Shown piece by piece: positions 1-12,529 of a stretch of 64,000 bases of DNA. Where the stretch lies: NCBI RefSeq assembly GCF_964213995.1, contig NW_027590138.1, forward strand, positions 620,001 to 684,000, written 5' to 3'. Source of the stretch: Mustelus asterias. Lineage: Eukaryota. Every line of letters starts with the position of its first letter. Position 1 is the stretch's first letter. Below the pieces are notes generated by a model. The model made no database searches, was not told the origin of the DNA, and saw nothing but the letters and a program-made list of their open reading frames with translations. The position numbers and the translations under genes were made by a program.

Positions 1-139
1 AGGTTGTCTAGGAAACAGGGGGTGAATGTGAGAAGCTGAAGTTTCCACTTGAAGACATTCCCAGTGTCTCTGAGCAGCTGAACTGGGGAAGCCTTTGGGC
101 AGAGACTGTGCTGCTGCTATTGCCCTTCCTGGCCACCAG

Positions 140-450
140 GTGTCGCTGTGACGCTCCCGGGGGCTGCTCCTCCCAGTGTCACCTCTTGCCCACTCCGGCC
201 CATGCTCGTTGGCGGGACAGCAGGGGGGTCTGTCGAGGGGGCCGGGCGACCTGTGCGCATGTGCGGGACGGGAATGCTCCCAGAGGTCAGCGCGCGGGAC
301 GCCGCCGCATTGATGCCGTCTCCCCTGGCAACGCAAGATGGTCGCCGCCGCCGTAGCCCTTGGCAACGGAATATGGCCGCTGGCCGTCTCCCTTGGCAAC
401 GCAAAATGGCCGCCGGCGGTGGGTGTCATTGCGGCGCACGCGCAGTGAGG
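140..450. promoter_or_regulatory. CpG-island-like promoter region with three tandem RFX X-box + YY1-like units
   Basis: GC/CpG-rich stretch; GTCTCCCCTGGCAAC, GTAGCCCTTGGCAAC and GTCTCCCTTGGCAAC are each followed by AAGATGGTCGCC, AATATGGCCGC or AAAATGGCCGCC; target gene not identifiable. Confidence 0.6.
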
Positions 451-644
451 TCTGTCTGCAGCCATTGTCCAGGTTGCCCCCAGTGGATGGGGTTGGGATT
501 GTGCAGCAGATGGAGCAACAATCCCAGTTTCAATAGGGGGACAGAAGCTGCAATGCTGCCCCCTGTTGGTCACTTCTCCCAGTCTCAGCATTGCAGAGTG
601 TTTAAACAAGAGTGCATTGTCACAGCAGCACCTTGACCTTCAGT

Positions 645-850
645 TTCAGTTTATTTATTAGTGTCAGAAGTAGGCTTACATTAACACTGCAATGAAGTTA
701 CTGTGAGAATCCCCTAGTCGCCACACTCCGGCGCCTGTTCAGGTTACACTGAGGGAGAATTTAGCACGGCCAATGCACCCTAACCAGCACATCTTTCAGA
801 CTGTGGGAGGAAACCGGAGCACCCGGAGGAAACCCACGCAGACACGGGGA
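645..850 (-). mobile_element. tRNA-derived SINE fragment
   Basis: Shares GGAGGAAACCGGAGCACCCGGAGGAAACCCACGCAGACAC core with the 19730-20072 copy and its tail with the 25140-25430 and 26545-26790 copies. Confidence 0.8.
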
Positions 851-1758
851 GGGGACAGCCCGGGGGAAAGCTCCATTCCAACTGTCCCTGGAGTGTCAGA
901 TTAACCTGGGTCACTCACGCCCCCCCCCCGGCTAAGACTCACCTCCCTCAGACAGTGAGACCCTCCTGTATCACTCACCTTACTGTAGTCACATACCCTC
1001 AGACTCAGCACTGGGCCCTGGGCGTGTTCTTTAAATGCTGCGACCTATCGTGGAGGAAAGAATTGGGAGGATTTTGATTTGATTTGATTTATTATTGTCG
1101 CATGTATTGGGATACAGTGAAAAGTATTGTTTCTTGTATGCTGTACAGACAAAACATACCGTTCATAGAGTACATTGGGGAGAAGTAAAAGAGAGGGTGC
1201 AGAATGTAGTGTTGCAGTCATAGGTAGGGTGTAGAGAGACATTCCCAAAGCAGCCACAGAAAAGTGACTGGTTATTTTAAACATTGAACCTGAACTATTT
1301 GAGCTGATGATTCACTCACATTGTACAGAAATGTTGATCCTGTTTTGATGAGAGTGATCAGATTAACATTGTAACATGAAGACAGCCTCCGTACTGAGAT
1401 TAACCACATTTACAACAATTCCGCAATATCAGATCCATTGCTGTGTGTATTGTGTGAATTCAGCTGTGAAATATCTGGACATTTGGAGCTTCCACTGTTT
1501 CTGTCATTTCATCATTTATTAAAGTACGTTGTTCTATCCCTTTTAAATCTAAGTTGTGTCAGTTTACATTTCCCTGCACTGAAACCTCTCCACCAGTTTT
1601 GTCCATGTACAAAATATGAATAACTCTTTGCAATGTGATGTTTCCAGCCACGCTGCTTACAATGCTGTCTAATGTTTTGTGTCATCGGCAAACCAGGATG
1701 TGTAGCATTCAGTCACATTAAATGGTCAATAAATATGTCAATACTGTGTATATCTTTC

Positions 1759-2245
1759 TGTGTGTGTGTGTGTGTGTCTGTGTGTGTGTGTGTGTGTCTG
1801 TGTGTGTGTGTCTGTGTGTGTGTGTGTGTGTGAGCATGCATGTGTGTCAATGTATTTGAATCTCAAATATGTGCAGTTGGAGGCCATTTGACCCATCGAG
1901 CCTGCTCCCCCACTCAAACAGATCATGACAAACACACACACACACACACACACACTCATAGACACACACACACACAGACGCACTCACAGAGATACAGACA
2001 CACACACACACTCATAGACACACACACATAGACAAAGAGAGAGACACACAGACACACACGCAGAGAGACACAAACACACACTCACAGACACACATGCACA
2101 AAGACCCAGAGAGAGACACACACACAGACACACACTCACAGACACACGCAGAGAAACACAATCACACACACAGAAACACACATTGAAATAGACACTTGCA
2201 CACACTTAGAAACTGTCTCTCTCTCTCACACACACACACACAGAA
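1759..2245. repeat. (TG)n followed by (CA)n/(CAGA)n-rich microsatellites
   Basis: Directly visible low-complexity dinucleotide repeats. Confidence 0.95.
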
Positions 2246-2490
2246 ATACAAAAACATAAGCGCACCGACACTCTCATTCCTATTTCTGTTTTACTCCTCA
2301 ATCCCCCAACTAAAAAGTACTGGGATCTGAACTTGAAATGCTGGAACTGATCATGGAGGAACGAGTGGGGCCTAATAGACACTGAGAAGTTAACTTGTGT
2401 ATGAATCATAGAATGGGGACAGCACAGGAGGCCATTCAGCCCGTCAAGCCTGGATCGACACACTGCAAGAGCAGTTTCACTATTCCCAAT

Positions 2491-2992
2491 CAAAGAACAA
2501 AGAACAATACAGCACAGGAACAGGCCCTTCGGCCCTCCAAGCCCGTGCCGCTCCCCGGTCCAGGATTGAATCCTGAATCCAGGATCCCCGCCCAATTTTC
2601 CAGCCTATCTACATCCTAATATCCTATCCACCGAGCTGTCCCTCACAGCTACGATGCTTTGTTCATCACAACCTATTAACTCACCCCCACCCCCCCATTC
2701 CAGACCATGTGATCTCCAGGGAGAGGCGAAAACCCAGAGTGAAAAACCCCAGGGCCAATATGGGGAAAAAAAATCTGGGAAATTCCTCTCCGACCCCCTG
2801 AGGCGATCGAAACGAGTCCAGGAGATCACACTGGCCCTGATCAGAAACTGCTTCCCAACCCTAGTCATTTCCACTTCTGCTTTACGAACACCATCTGAAT
2901 TCCCTGCCCCCGAGACAGGTTCCCAACTATCCGCAGTCTCGCTCTGTACTGGCACCAGCAAGATGATCATAGAATGAAGCCTTGAAACGAGA
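2491..2992 (-). mobile_element. ~500-bp non-coding element with CR1-type 3' tail (copy 1)
   Basis: Near-identical reverse complement of 19075-19577; carries the GGGCCGAAGGGCCTGTT...GTGCTGTA tail seen on CR1 copies here. Confidence 0.75.
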
Positions 2993-3421
2993 CCCAACAT
3001 CTGCAGTGGGGGGGGGTGAAGACCCCGTGGCCTTTTTGAACAGCGTACGCCCAACAGGGCCAGAAAGCCGAAGTCCCCTTTGGGGGGGTTACAAAATAGC
3101 GCAGAGGGAAACATCACCTCAGAGTGGTAACAATATTTATAATCCCACAATCACACCCCCACCCGAAGCCGAAGTCCCCCACCCACTGCTGCTGCCCCCG
3201 GGACCGGCACCCCCTCCCCTTTTTCCCTCCTGACTGGGGCACCGGCCTTGTGCCTCATCTCCCTCCTGCTCCTCCAACCTCCTCTCTCCCTCTCTCGCTC
3301 CGGGGAGAGAGCACCTACACCCTTCCCCGCCTACCCCACCCTGCCTTATCTTCCCCATCCCACATACGCCCTGCCGTACATCTGGGCAGTCTCGGGGTGG
3401 GTGTAGCACTCCCTTGATACG

Positions 3422-5491
3422 ATGGCGACATCACCAGCGTCGCCGGTGGCAGGGCCTTCTCGGCCCACCTATGCGGGCGTGGCGGCTGCCAGAGCCCCCG
3501 CCGCTCCCAAGGCCCTGCCGCCATTCTCCCTAATCACGCGGCAGCTCGGGGTGAAGTGCTACGCCCACCCCGACATGTCTATCGAGGCCTGCGTCAAGGC
3601 AATGGCTGGGGTTGTCGGCCCCTCAGCCATTGTCGCGGCCTCAAAGATGTACGGCCGGGCCGTATTTTTCCTGAAGGCCGAGCGGGCGGTTCGCCTCGCC
3701 CTGGAAAAGGGGCTCACGGTGGGCGGGACGTTCCTGGCGGTGGACCCTTTGGAGGCCACCGCCCACAAGATAGTAATATCGAACGTCCCGCCCTTCCTAC
3801 CGAGTGAGCTCCTCCTCCCCCACCTCCATCTACTGGGGGAGGTCAGGTCCGGGGTGCAGCCGATCCCGCTCGGCCTTCGGGACCCCTCCCTCCGCCACAT
3901 ATACTCCTTCCGGCGCCAGGTTTTTGTCCGCCTGGCCCGGGAGGAGGAACTGGAGGGAGGGTTCAATGTCCCCCACGAGGGGAGCACGTACCGGGTCTTT
4001 TGGTCCGCGGACGGTGTGCGGTGCCATGCCTGTAAGGAGGCGGGGCACGTGCGGAAAAACTGCCCCGTCTCCAAGGCCGCCGACCACCAACCCAAGGCGG
4101 CCACAGCTGGCACCGCAGCCCCCTCTCCCCCCAAGCGAGTACCATCTGGCGAGGGGAGGCCACGCCGGCAGCAGCTGCCACCTCAGCTGCCGGCGGGGGG
4201 GGGAGCGGAGCCCCCGCGCGGCCAAAAGGCCCAGAAGGGACCTACAAAAAAGAAGGGGGGTACCGGAACCCCGGCCCCCACGAAAGACACCCCAACCACC
4301 CCGGCAGCCGGCTCGGGCACCACCCCCCCCCCCCCCCCACCATCTGCCGGGCCCGTGGGCTCTCCGGGGCCTAGTGCTGGGTCCGGCACCCGGGATCATG
4401 GGCCCGAGCATGGGGGGGTAAGCGACCCCGAGCCGGCAAAACTGGCGACGCCGCCACCTCGGGGGGAAGTGACGGGAGAGCAGGGGGGGCGCGGCAAGGC
4501 GAAGAGGGGCGGAGGGCGAGGGGCCTCGCCTGCCCGAGGGCAGGTTAACAAAAAGAGGCGGGGCCCCTCGGGCACCGTGGAGTTCGAGGTCTGCGTGCCC
4601 CTCCCCCCTTGTGAGTCATCTCCTGCCGTGCCCCCACCTGTCTTTGTGCCTTGTCCCCTGAAAAAAGGGGGCAAGGCACCCTGTAAATCCAAGCATGTGT
4701 TGCCTCAGTCCCCCGGCGAGGAGTCTCCGGGGCCGGGTGGCAGCGGGGCCCCCACGGTTCCGTTCCACCCGGCCGGTTACAACCCGGAGTTCTTCTTCAG
4801 TCTGTCGGGGGACTGGGGCGACACTCCAATGTTCATGTCCTCGTGCAGCGGCGGCGAAGAGACGATCCACTCGTCCTCTCCGTCCCGACCTTGGACGCTG
4901 GACATCCCCAACCTCAGTCCGAAGGATACACCGGACCTGGGGGGTGTCCAAGCGTCTGGGGCGGGGGGGGGGGCTGGGCCGCCGTCGCACGGGGGCCCGC
5001 AATCCGGGAAAGGTGAGCCCGGGGGGAACCCCTCCTCCACCGATCCTGGGGGTGGGATCGGGGAGGGGCTAGGGCTAGTTGGTGGCTCCGTGCCGCCCGC
5101 CGTACGTCCTGCGGCGGGGGACTCGGAGTCGAGGGGCGACCGCCCTGAGGAGGTCAGCGGCTCGGTGGAGGGCACGGGGACACTTTCAGAGTCTGCCCAG
5201 AGCGAGGCGGGGGACTCCCTCGTGCCCCCCACCGAGTCGTCCCTCATCCCCTCCAAGGACCTCAGGGTCTTTATCCGTAACCATTCCGGTCGCTCCGACA
5301 TAATCCGGCTGGCCCTCGGCCACTGGCCGGACCTGGCGCAGCTCGTCCGGTCCGTGAAGGCATGCTCGCATGCCTCCGCGGGCCTGGAGAAAATAGAGCG
5401 GCGCTGGGTACTGCGGTTCCTCCACAGGCTCGAAAAGGTGGGGGGTGGACTGGTGAGAATTGCGCCAGCGCCCCCCCACACACCTAGTTAA
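3422..5491 (+). CDS. Tx1-like ORF1, nucleic-acid-binding protein with CCHC zinc knuckle
   Basis: 689-aa open frame; ISNVPPF motif and CHACKEAGHVRKNC knuckle; Pro/Gly-rich tail. Confidence 0.88.
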   Translation: MATSPASPVAGPSRPTYAGVAAARAPAAPKALPPFSLITRQLGVKCYAHPDMSIEACVKAMAGVVGPSAIVAASKMYGRAVFFLKAERAVRLALEKGLTVGGTFLAVDPLEATAHKIVISNVPPFLPSELLLPHLHLLGEVRSGVQPIPLGLRDPSLRHIYSFRRQVFVRLAREEELEGGFNVPHEGSTYRVFWSADGVRCHACKEAGHVRKNCPVSKAADHQPKAATAGTAAPSPPKRVPSGEGRPRRQQLPPQLPAGGGAEPPRGQKAQKGPTKKKGGTGTPAPTKDTPTTPAAGSGTTPPPPPPSAGPVGSPGPSAGSGTRDHGPEHGGVSDPEPAKLATPPPRGEVTGEQGGRGKAKRGGGRGASPARGQVNKKRRGPSGTVEFEVCVPLPPCESSPAVPPPVFVPCPLKKGGKAPCKSKHVLPQSPGEESPGPGGSGAPTVPFHPAGYNPEFFFSLSGDWGDTPMFMSSCSGGEETIHSSSPSRPWTLDIPNLSPKDTPDLGGVQASGAGGGAGPPSHGGPQSGKGEPGGNPSSTDPGGGIGEGLGLVGGSVPPAVRPAAGDSESRGDRPEEVSGSVEGTGTLSESAQSEAGDSLVPPTESSLIPSKDLRVFIRNHSGRSDIIRLALGHWPDLAQLVRSVKACSHASAGLEKIERRWVLRFLHRLEKVGGGLVRIAPAPPHTPS

Positions 5492-5519
5492 GTGGTGACG
5501 GTGGCACAAAGCTGCTGAC

Positions 5520-8500
5520 ATGAAGGTGACCATAGCCAGCCTCAACATCAACGGCAGCAGTGGGCCACACCGCAGGTTCCAGAACTTCTCGGTCCTCCGT
5601 GACGGGAAGTATGCGGTGTGTTTCCTGCAGGAAACCCACACCGTTCCGGGAGACGAAGCCCAATGGCTCCTGGAGTGGCGAGGGGGGGTCTACATGAGCC
5701 ACCTCACGCTCGCTTCTTGCGGGGTGGCTATCTTGTTGGCCCCGCGTTATAAGCCGGAGATCTTGGGGGTCGAGGAGCCGGTGCCAGGCCGGTTGCTGCA
5801 CTTGACGGTCCGTGAGGGGGGCGTGGTCATTCACTTGCTGAATGTCTACGCCCCGACCGCCGGACCGCAGCAAACGACTTTCTACGAGAAAGTGTCCGCT
5901 CACATCGACACCATCGCGGGGGGCGAATGCATTATCCTCGGGGGAGATTTCAACTGCCTCCTCGAGGCACGGGACCGCACCGGCCCCTGGCTGCGCACTC
6001 CGGCGGTGGTGAAGTTGCGGGACCTGATCGGGTCCCACGACTTGGTGGACGTCTGGAGACATCTCCATCCTGGCTCCAGCGCCTTCACTTTCGTGAGGCC
6101 TGGAGTCGGAGCGTCCAGGCTCGACCGCCTTTACATTTCGAAGGCGCACGTGTCCGGCGTGTCCTCGGTCTCCATGCGGCCGGTGTCGAGCACGGACCAC
6201 AGCCTGGTGTGGGCGGACTTTGCGCCGTCTCGCATCCGGCGGGGGTCCGCGTACTGGCACTTTAACAACACGCTGCTGGAGGACGAGCGCTTCCTGGACT
6301 CGTTCCGTCGATTCTGGGCCGGCTGGAGAAGGAAGCGGGGAGGCTTCCCCTCCTTGAGGCTCTGGTGGGATGTGGGCAAGACTCACGTCCGTACCTTCTG
6401 TCAGGGGTACGCGAGGGGGTCGACAAAGAGGCGGAAATCCAGGCTCGAGGAGTTGGAGAAGGAGGTGCTCGACCTGGAGGCACGTCTCAGTCGGCCTGAC
6501 GCGGACCCGGCCCTGCGTTCGGAGTACAGGGAGAAGAAGGACGCGCTGCGAGACCTGCAGCTTGCCAGGTCTCGCGGCGCGTACGTGAGGTCGCGGCTCC
6601 AGTTCCAGGTGGACCTGGACCGCGGCTCCCCCTTCTTCTACTCGCTGGAAAGAGGGCGGGCTAACCGTCAGCAGCTCCTTACGCTGCTGGCCGACGACGG
6701 TTCCCCCGTCTCGGATCCGGAGGGCATCCGGGCCATTGCCCGGGAGTATTACACCTCGCTCTTCTCTCCGGATCCGTCCAGCGAGGATGCCCGCAGACTT
6801 CTGTGGGAGGACCTGCCGCAGGTCGGCCCGGAGGGCGTCGGCAGGCTCGAGGCCCCTACCACCATGGCCGAGCTGACCGGCGCCCTAAATGGCCTCAGCC
6901 GGGGCAAGGCCCCTGGGCTGGACGGGCTGACAGTAGAGTTCTTCAGGGCGTTCTGGGACGTCCTGGGGAGCGACTACGCGGGGGTCCTGGGGGAGAGCGT
7001 CGCTACCGGGGAGATGCCCCTTTCGTGGCGCAGGGCCGTCATTGCCCTGCTGCCCAAGAAGGGGGATCTCCACCTGCTCAAGAACTGGCGCCCGGTCTCC
7101 CTCCTCAGCACGGATTATAAAATCTTTGCCAGGGCTATGGCTTCACGCCTTGGATCCGTGCTGGACCACTTGATCCACCCTGACCAGTCCTACACGGTCC
7201 CGGGCCGTTGCATACATGACAATCTCCACCTGGTCCGGGACCTAATCCATCACACCCAGAGGGCTGGTCTGTCGGGCGCCTTCCTGTCATTAGATCAGGA
7301 GAAGGCGTTCGACAGGGTGGAGCACGAGTATTTACTCGGGACTCTGCGGGCATTCGGGTTCGGGACGCATTTTGTCGCCCGGATCCGATTACTGTACTCT
7401 GCCGCAGAGTGTCTGATTAAGGTTAACGGGTCCCTGACGGCGCCCCTTCGCTTCGGGAGAGGAGTACGGCAGGGCTGCCCCTTGTCCGGCCAACTGTATT
7501 CCGTATGCGTGGAGCCATTCCTGCGCCTCTTGCGGAGGAGGTTGTCAGGTTTGGTCCTGCGCGGACCGGACGTAGGGGTGGTCCTGTCAGCTTACGCCGA
7601 CGACGTGCTCCTCATGTTCACGGACCCGGCTGACCTGCGGAGGATGCGAGAATGCCAGGCGGTGTACTCCGCCGCGTCCTCCGCCAGGATCAACTGGGCC
7701 AAGTGCTCCGGACTCCTTGTCGGTCCTTGGGAGACGGACCCCCTTCCGGAGGAGCTCAGGCCTTTCACCTGGAGCAGGACCAACCTCCTCTACTTGGGGG
7801 CCCATCTCTGCCCAGCCGAGGAATCCTGGCCGGCGAACTGGCGGGAGCTGGAGGCCAAAGTCTCTGCCCGCCTGAGTCGCTGGACAGGACTGCTCCGTGT
7901 GCTGTCCTATGGGGCATGAGTTCACGTCATAAACCAGCTGGTCGCCTCCATGCTGTGGTACGGGCTGGTCCCTTTGACCCCTCCCCTGGCTTTGTCGCCG
8001 ATATCCAGAGAGCCCTCCTGCGGTTCTTCTGGGGCAATCGACTGCACTGGGTCCCTGCTGCGGTTCTGCATCTCCCGCTTGAGGAGGACAAACAAGGTCT
8101 CGTGTGCCTCCACACTCAGATAGCGACCTTCCGCCTCCAGGCCCTGCAGAGGTACCTTTACGTTGAGCCCCCTCCACAGTGGTGTGCCATGGCGACACAT
8201 TTCTTCCGCCAGTGGCACGGCCTCAATTATGACGTGCAGCTCCTGCATATCGAACTGGGGCATCTTTCGACCGCCCTGCAGGAGTTGCTCGTCTTTTACC
8301 AGGACCTCCTCACTGTCTGGAACACGGTCGCCTCGCGACGCAGCTCTCCCCCGTCAGGAGTAGCAGCTCTCGTGCGAGAGCCGCTGCTCAGGAATCCGCT
8401 CCTCCAGCCGTATGACTTCAGGTGGCTGGCAGAGAGGAGGGCTGTGGACGCCGGGGTGACCAGAATCGGGGACGTGCTCGATGGCGGAGGAGCGGGCTGG

Positions 8501-9411
8501 ATGAGTCCCCGCGTGCTGGCTGAGCGCGCGGGGACGACTGTCCGGCACGCGGCCAAAGCCATCCTAGCCCTTAGGACGGTCGTGCTCGGCCCGGAAACTG
8601 CACGCAAACTCGAGGCGGTGCAGGTGTGCGGTGGGATCCTGCCCGAGCGTTCCCCTGTTCAGACGGAATTCCACATTGGACAAAACCTCAAACCCCCTTC
8701 CTGGGTGAGGTGCCCCACAGCATGAGCCACCTCGCGGGAATGTCCTCCGTGCCTTTTTCTACCATGCGGAGGCGTTTCCTGTGCGGGCTGCTGCTGCACA
8801 CCTTCCACTACCGCCTCCTCGCCTGTCGCCCGGATACACCTTGGCGGGCCTTGTTGCCGCCGGGCGGTGGAGATCCCCGCTGGAGGTCCCTCTACGGAGG
8901 GATCTCCCCCAATTACGTCGGGGACCTGGGGTGGAGGGTGATGCATGCAGCAGTGCCGCACCCCCGTAGGATTCACTGATTCACGGGCTCCGAAGACTGC
9001 CCTTTCTGTGGCCTTGTGGAGTCCGTGGACCATGTCTATGTTGTGTGTCTTAGGCTGCACTCCCTTTATGTTTTCCTAAAGAACCTTTTGTTGATGTTTA
9101 GTCTGCACTTCAGTCCCATGCTCCTGATCCACGGACACCCGGTGCGGAGAGGGGAGGGTCGGGATGGTGACCTCCTTGTGAACCTGCTCCTAAGCCTGGC
9201 GAAACGCGCCATTTACCGGTCCAGGCAGCGGGCGATCGAGGGGGCCGTCCATCCTGACTGTCTTCCCCTCTACCGCGGCTACGTTCGCATCCAGGTCTCC
9301 ATGGAGAGGGAGCATGCGGTGTCCATGGGCGCGGTTGATGCCTTCCACGCCCGTTGGGCACCGCAGGGGTTGGGGTGCGTTATCGACCCTAATAATCACA
9401 TTTTAATTTGA
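5520..9411 (+). pseudogene. Tx1-like ORF2 (AP endonuclease + reverse transcriptase), disrupted after aa 799
   Basis: SLNING, FLQETH, GGDFN, SRLD, TDH endonuclease motifs; GVRQGCPLS and AYADD RT motifs; stop at 7917-7919, remainder split over frames to 9411. Confidence 0.9.
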
Positions 9412-10199
9412 TCTTTTTAAGTTTCCTTTGTACTTTGATTTCTGTTCGGGCTGTTCCCCCTCCTTTTGGGGAGCTGCCCCTTTTACTTTGTCCTGACTTA
9501 ATCTGAGTTTGTTTATTTGATTTGGCCTAAAAAGAGGGCAACATCTGGGAGGAAATCAATGTTTCCCCCTTTCCATTTCTTTTCTCATTCTGGGGGAAAT
9601 TGGGGACTTGCACCATCTGAAGGGAATGAAGTGAATTCGGTCTGTATATTCCACACATTTTTCCTCCAGTAATGTAGACATATATCTGTCTGGCCGCCTG
9701 CATGGAGATTTGCAGGTCTCTCTGTGTCCAGGACAGGAAGCAGTGAGCATGGATCTGTCAATCAGCCTCAATCAGCACCTTCAGGAGAATTGGGAGGGTG
9801 AATATTAGATACAGCAGAGTGAGAATGGAGGGAGATTGTGTGGGATGGAGATTTACAGCTTTGGGGAATGAGAGAGGAAGGAATGTTCCATAGAAATTAG
9901 AATGATAATATGGCGGTTGGTCCCGCCTCCGTCTTGGATTTAGCTCGAGCTTGCTCTCCAGCAGAACCAGTCGTGGTGCCACAGGCCTGGTTGCTGCTGG
10001 TATTTTCCCCTGAGCGGCTATTTCAACCCCCCCCCCCCCACCCCCCGCAACAGTATCCAAAACGGTATACCTGTTTGAGAGGGGAATCGCCACAGGAGAC
10101 TCCTGCATTACATACCTGCCTGACCTGGCAGTCACCCATCTATCTGTCAGGACTTGTGGTTTGACACCTTCTTGAAGCTATTCTCTATAGACTCACCTG

Positions 10200-11520
10200 G
10201 TCATAAAGGTTTACAGCATGGAAACGGGCCCTTCGGCCCAAATTGGCATGCCGTCCCTTTTTTTAAAAGCCCTTCAGCTAATCCCAATTGCCCGCATTTG
10301 GCCCATATCCCTCTATACCCATCGTACACATGTAACTATCTAAATGTTTTTTAAAAGATAACTATCACACTCTCCATCACACTTACTTCCCCCTGTATAC
10401 TCCACCGTCATAGAGTCATAGAGGTTTGCAGCATGGAAACAGACCCTTTGACCCAACTTGTCCATGTCGCCCTTTTAATAACCACTAAGCTATTCCCAAA
10501 TGCCTATGTTTGGCCCATATCCCTCCAGACTCATTTTACACATGTAACTGTCCAAAATCTTTTTCGAAGACAAAATTGTATCCGCCTCTACTACTACCTC
10601 TGGCAGCTTGTCCCAGGCATTCACCACCCTCTTAGTGGAAGAATTGCCCTTCTGTACCCTCTTGTAGCTCTCCTCTCTCACCTTAAACTTACCCACTCTA
10701 GTTGTAGACTCCCCGACCTTCTGGTAAAGATGTTGACCATCAAACTGACTATGCCCCTCATTATTTTATAGATCTCTATAAGTTCACCCCTAAGTCTGAT
10801 ACCATCCAGGGAAAAATGTCCCTGTATATCCAGTCTCTACTTATAACTCAAACCATCTAGTCCTAGTAGCATCCTAGTAAATCTTTTCTGCACTCTTTCT
10901 CGTTTAATAATATCCTTTCTATAATAAGTTGACAAGAACTGTACACAGTCTTCCTAATGTGGTCTTACCAATGTCTTGTGCAACTTGAACAAGACGTCCC
11001 AACTCCTGTATTCAATGTTCTGAACAATGAAACCAAGCATGCCGAATGCCTTCTTCACCATTCTGTCCACCTGTGACTCCACTTTCAAGGAGCTATGAAC
11101 ATGTACCCTCAGATCTCTTTGTTCTGTAACTCTCTGCAACACCCTCCCATTAAATGATTAAGTCCTGTCCTGGTTCGATCGATAAAAATGGATCACCTTG
11201 CATTCATCTGAATAAAATTCCATCTTCCATTCATCAGTCCACTGGCTCAATTGACTATGATCCCGTTGCAATCCTTGATAACCATCTTCACTGTCCACTA
11301 TGCCTCCAATCTTGGTGTCATCTGCAAACTTATCAACCATGCCACCTAAATTCTCATCCAAATCATGAATATACGTGACAAATAACAGTGGACCCAGCCC
11401 TGAAGCACACCGCTGGTCACAGGCCTCTAGTTTGAAAAACAACCCTCTACAACCACCCTCTGTCTTCTGTCATCAAGCCAATTTTGTATCCATTTAGCTA
11501 CCTCACCCTGGATCCGGTGA
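10200..11520 (-). mobile_element. CR1-type LINE 3' fragments (degenerate)
   Basis: Minus-strand KFADDTKIGG, LVRPH and RVVNAWDKLPEVVVEA motifs; (CATAGAGT)n tail. Confidence 0.85.
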
Positions 11521-12019
11521 GAGTATTTCCAGCTGCTGCTCCAACCGAACCATGGGGTCTGTGAGGAGCTGCAGCTGGTCACACTTCCAGCAGACATAGA
11601 CGCAGGGACACGAGAAATTTCCCTAATCTCCCACATCTGGCAGGAGGAGCATATCATTGTCATTACTGCCATCTCTGCACTTGGACGCTGAAAAAAAGAA
11701 AAGTATAAGAATCTTACTTGCTTTTGACAAAGAGGGACATTCACAAACTCTGGGTGGCAACACCCAGAGGGGTCGCAGAACGAGATTCTGGGGTCGGGAG
11801 CTCCGAGGCAGCGATAACTGTGGAGCCTCAACTGAATGTTCACAGCTTTCTGTCACCTTTAGATTCTCGAGATTTATTTTAAACAATGGGCGTGGCCTAA
11901 ATTGACGCCGTTCGGGTCTGAGATATTTCAGTTCAGCTGAGATCCAGTGTCCCAGAGCAGTCCAGCTCTGCAGTCTCCAGCTCCCCGTCATTTAAACCAT
12001 CAGCTCCGGCAGCAGAGCG

Positions 12020-12062
12020 ATGGGAATCCTTCTTGTTTTCAGCCTGTGTGTCTGTTTACCCC
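12020..12062 (+). CDS. Leader exon of NAR-TCR V
   Basis: ATG at 12020, MGILLVFSLCVCLP + 1 nt, GTGAGT donor at 12063; phase matches the V exon. Confidence 0.88.
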
Positions 12063-12211
12063 GTGAGTACGAATCGCACTAACCCACATTGTGTGGATTG
12101 AATATAAAGCTGCCCCAGTCCATCCCAATTACAGACACTGTCTGGGGTTTTAAGCCTCGCTGTGTGGTTCAGCTCTGATGGTCCAGTAAACTCTCTGTGT
12201 TTAATTTCCAG

Positions 12212-12491
12212 GGTCTTTCAGTCAGTCAGTGATACAGAGCCCGGAAGCGGTGACCAGGAAGGAATGTCAGTCTCTCACCATCACCTGCGTTTTCCATGGT
12301 TCTGACTCCTTAGAAAATGGACATTTCTTCAAACAAACCCAGACCGGGACGGAGTGGGAGCGGATCTCCAGCGGAGGGAGATTTGTTGTGTCTGTGAACA
12401 AAGCAGAAAAGACATTTTCGCTGGAAATTCGGGATGTGAGAGTTGAAGACACCGCCACCTATTACTGTAAAGCTCAGTACTGGTACTGGCA
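12212..12491 (+). CDS. IgNAR-like variable segment (NAR-TCR V)
   Basis: TTTCCAG acceptor; QSVIQSPEAVTRKECQSLTITC...ERISSGGRFVVSVNKAEKTFSLEIRDVRVEDTATYYCKAQYWYW; short domain lacking a CDR2 region as in IgNAR V; extra Cys in FR1. Confidence 0.92.
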
Positions 12492-12529
12492 CACCGTGAT
12501 GGGCCTCGACTTCCAGCGATACAAAAACT
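12492..12529 (+). other. RSS, 22-bp spacer (NAR V)
   Basis: CACCGTG-22-ACAAAAACT. Confidence 0.9.

Larger units (their letters stand above)
3004..9538 (+). mobile_element. Full-length Tx1-clade (L1-like) non-LTR retrotransposon
   Basis: Two-ORF layout (gag-like ORF1, APE-RT ORF2), T-rich 3' UTR; CAACATCTG at 2995-3003 and 9539-9547 is a candidate target-site duplication. Confidence 0.9.

Noticed and set aside
108-636. Protein-coding ORFs in the CpG-rich start
   Set aside because: No recognisable protein; better explained by GC content and repeated regulatory motifs
1738-2205. ORFs rich in His-Thr or Cys-Val
   Set aside because: Translations of dinucleotide microsatellites
3556-9399. Many overlapping and antisense ORFs (e.g. 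300 aa at 5484-6386, 234 aa at 4777-5481)
   Set aside because: Shadow frames of the GC-rich Tx1 element; no recognisable domains
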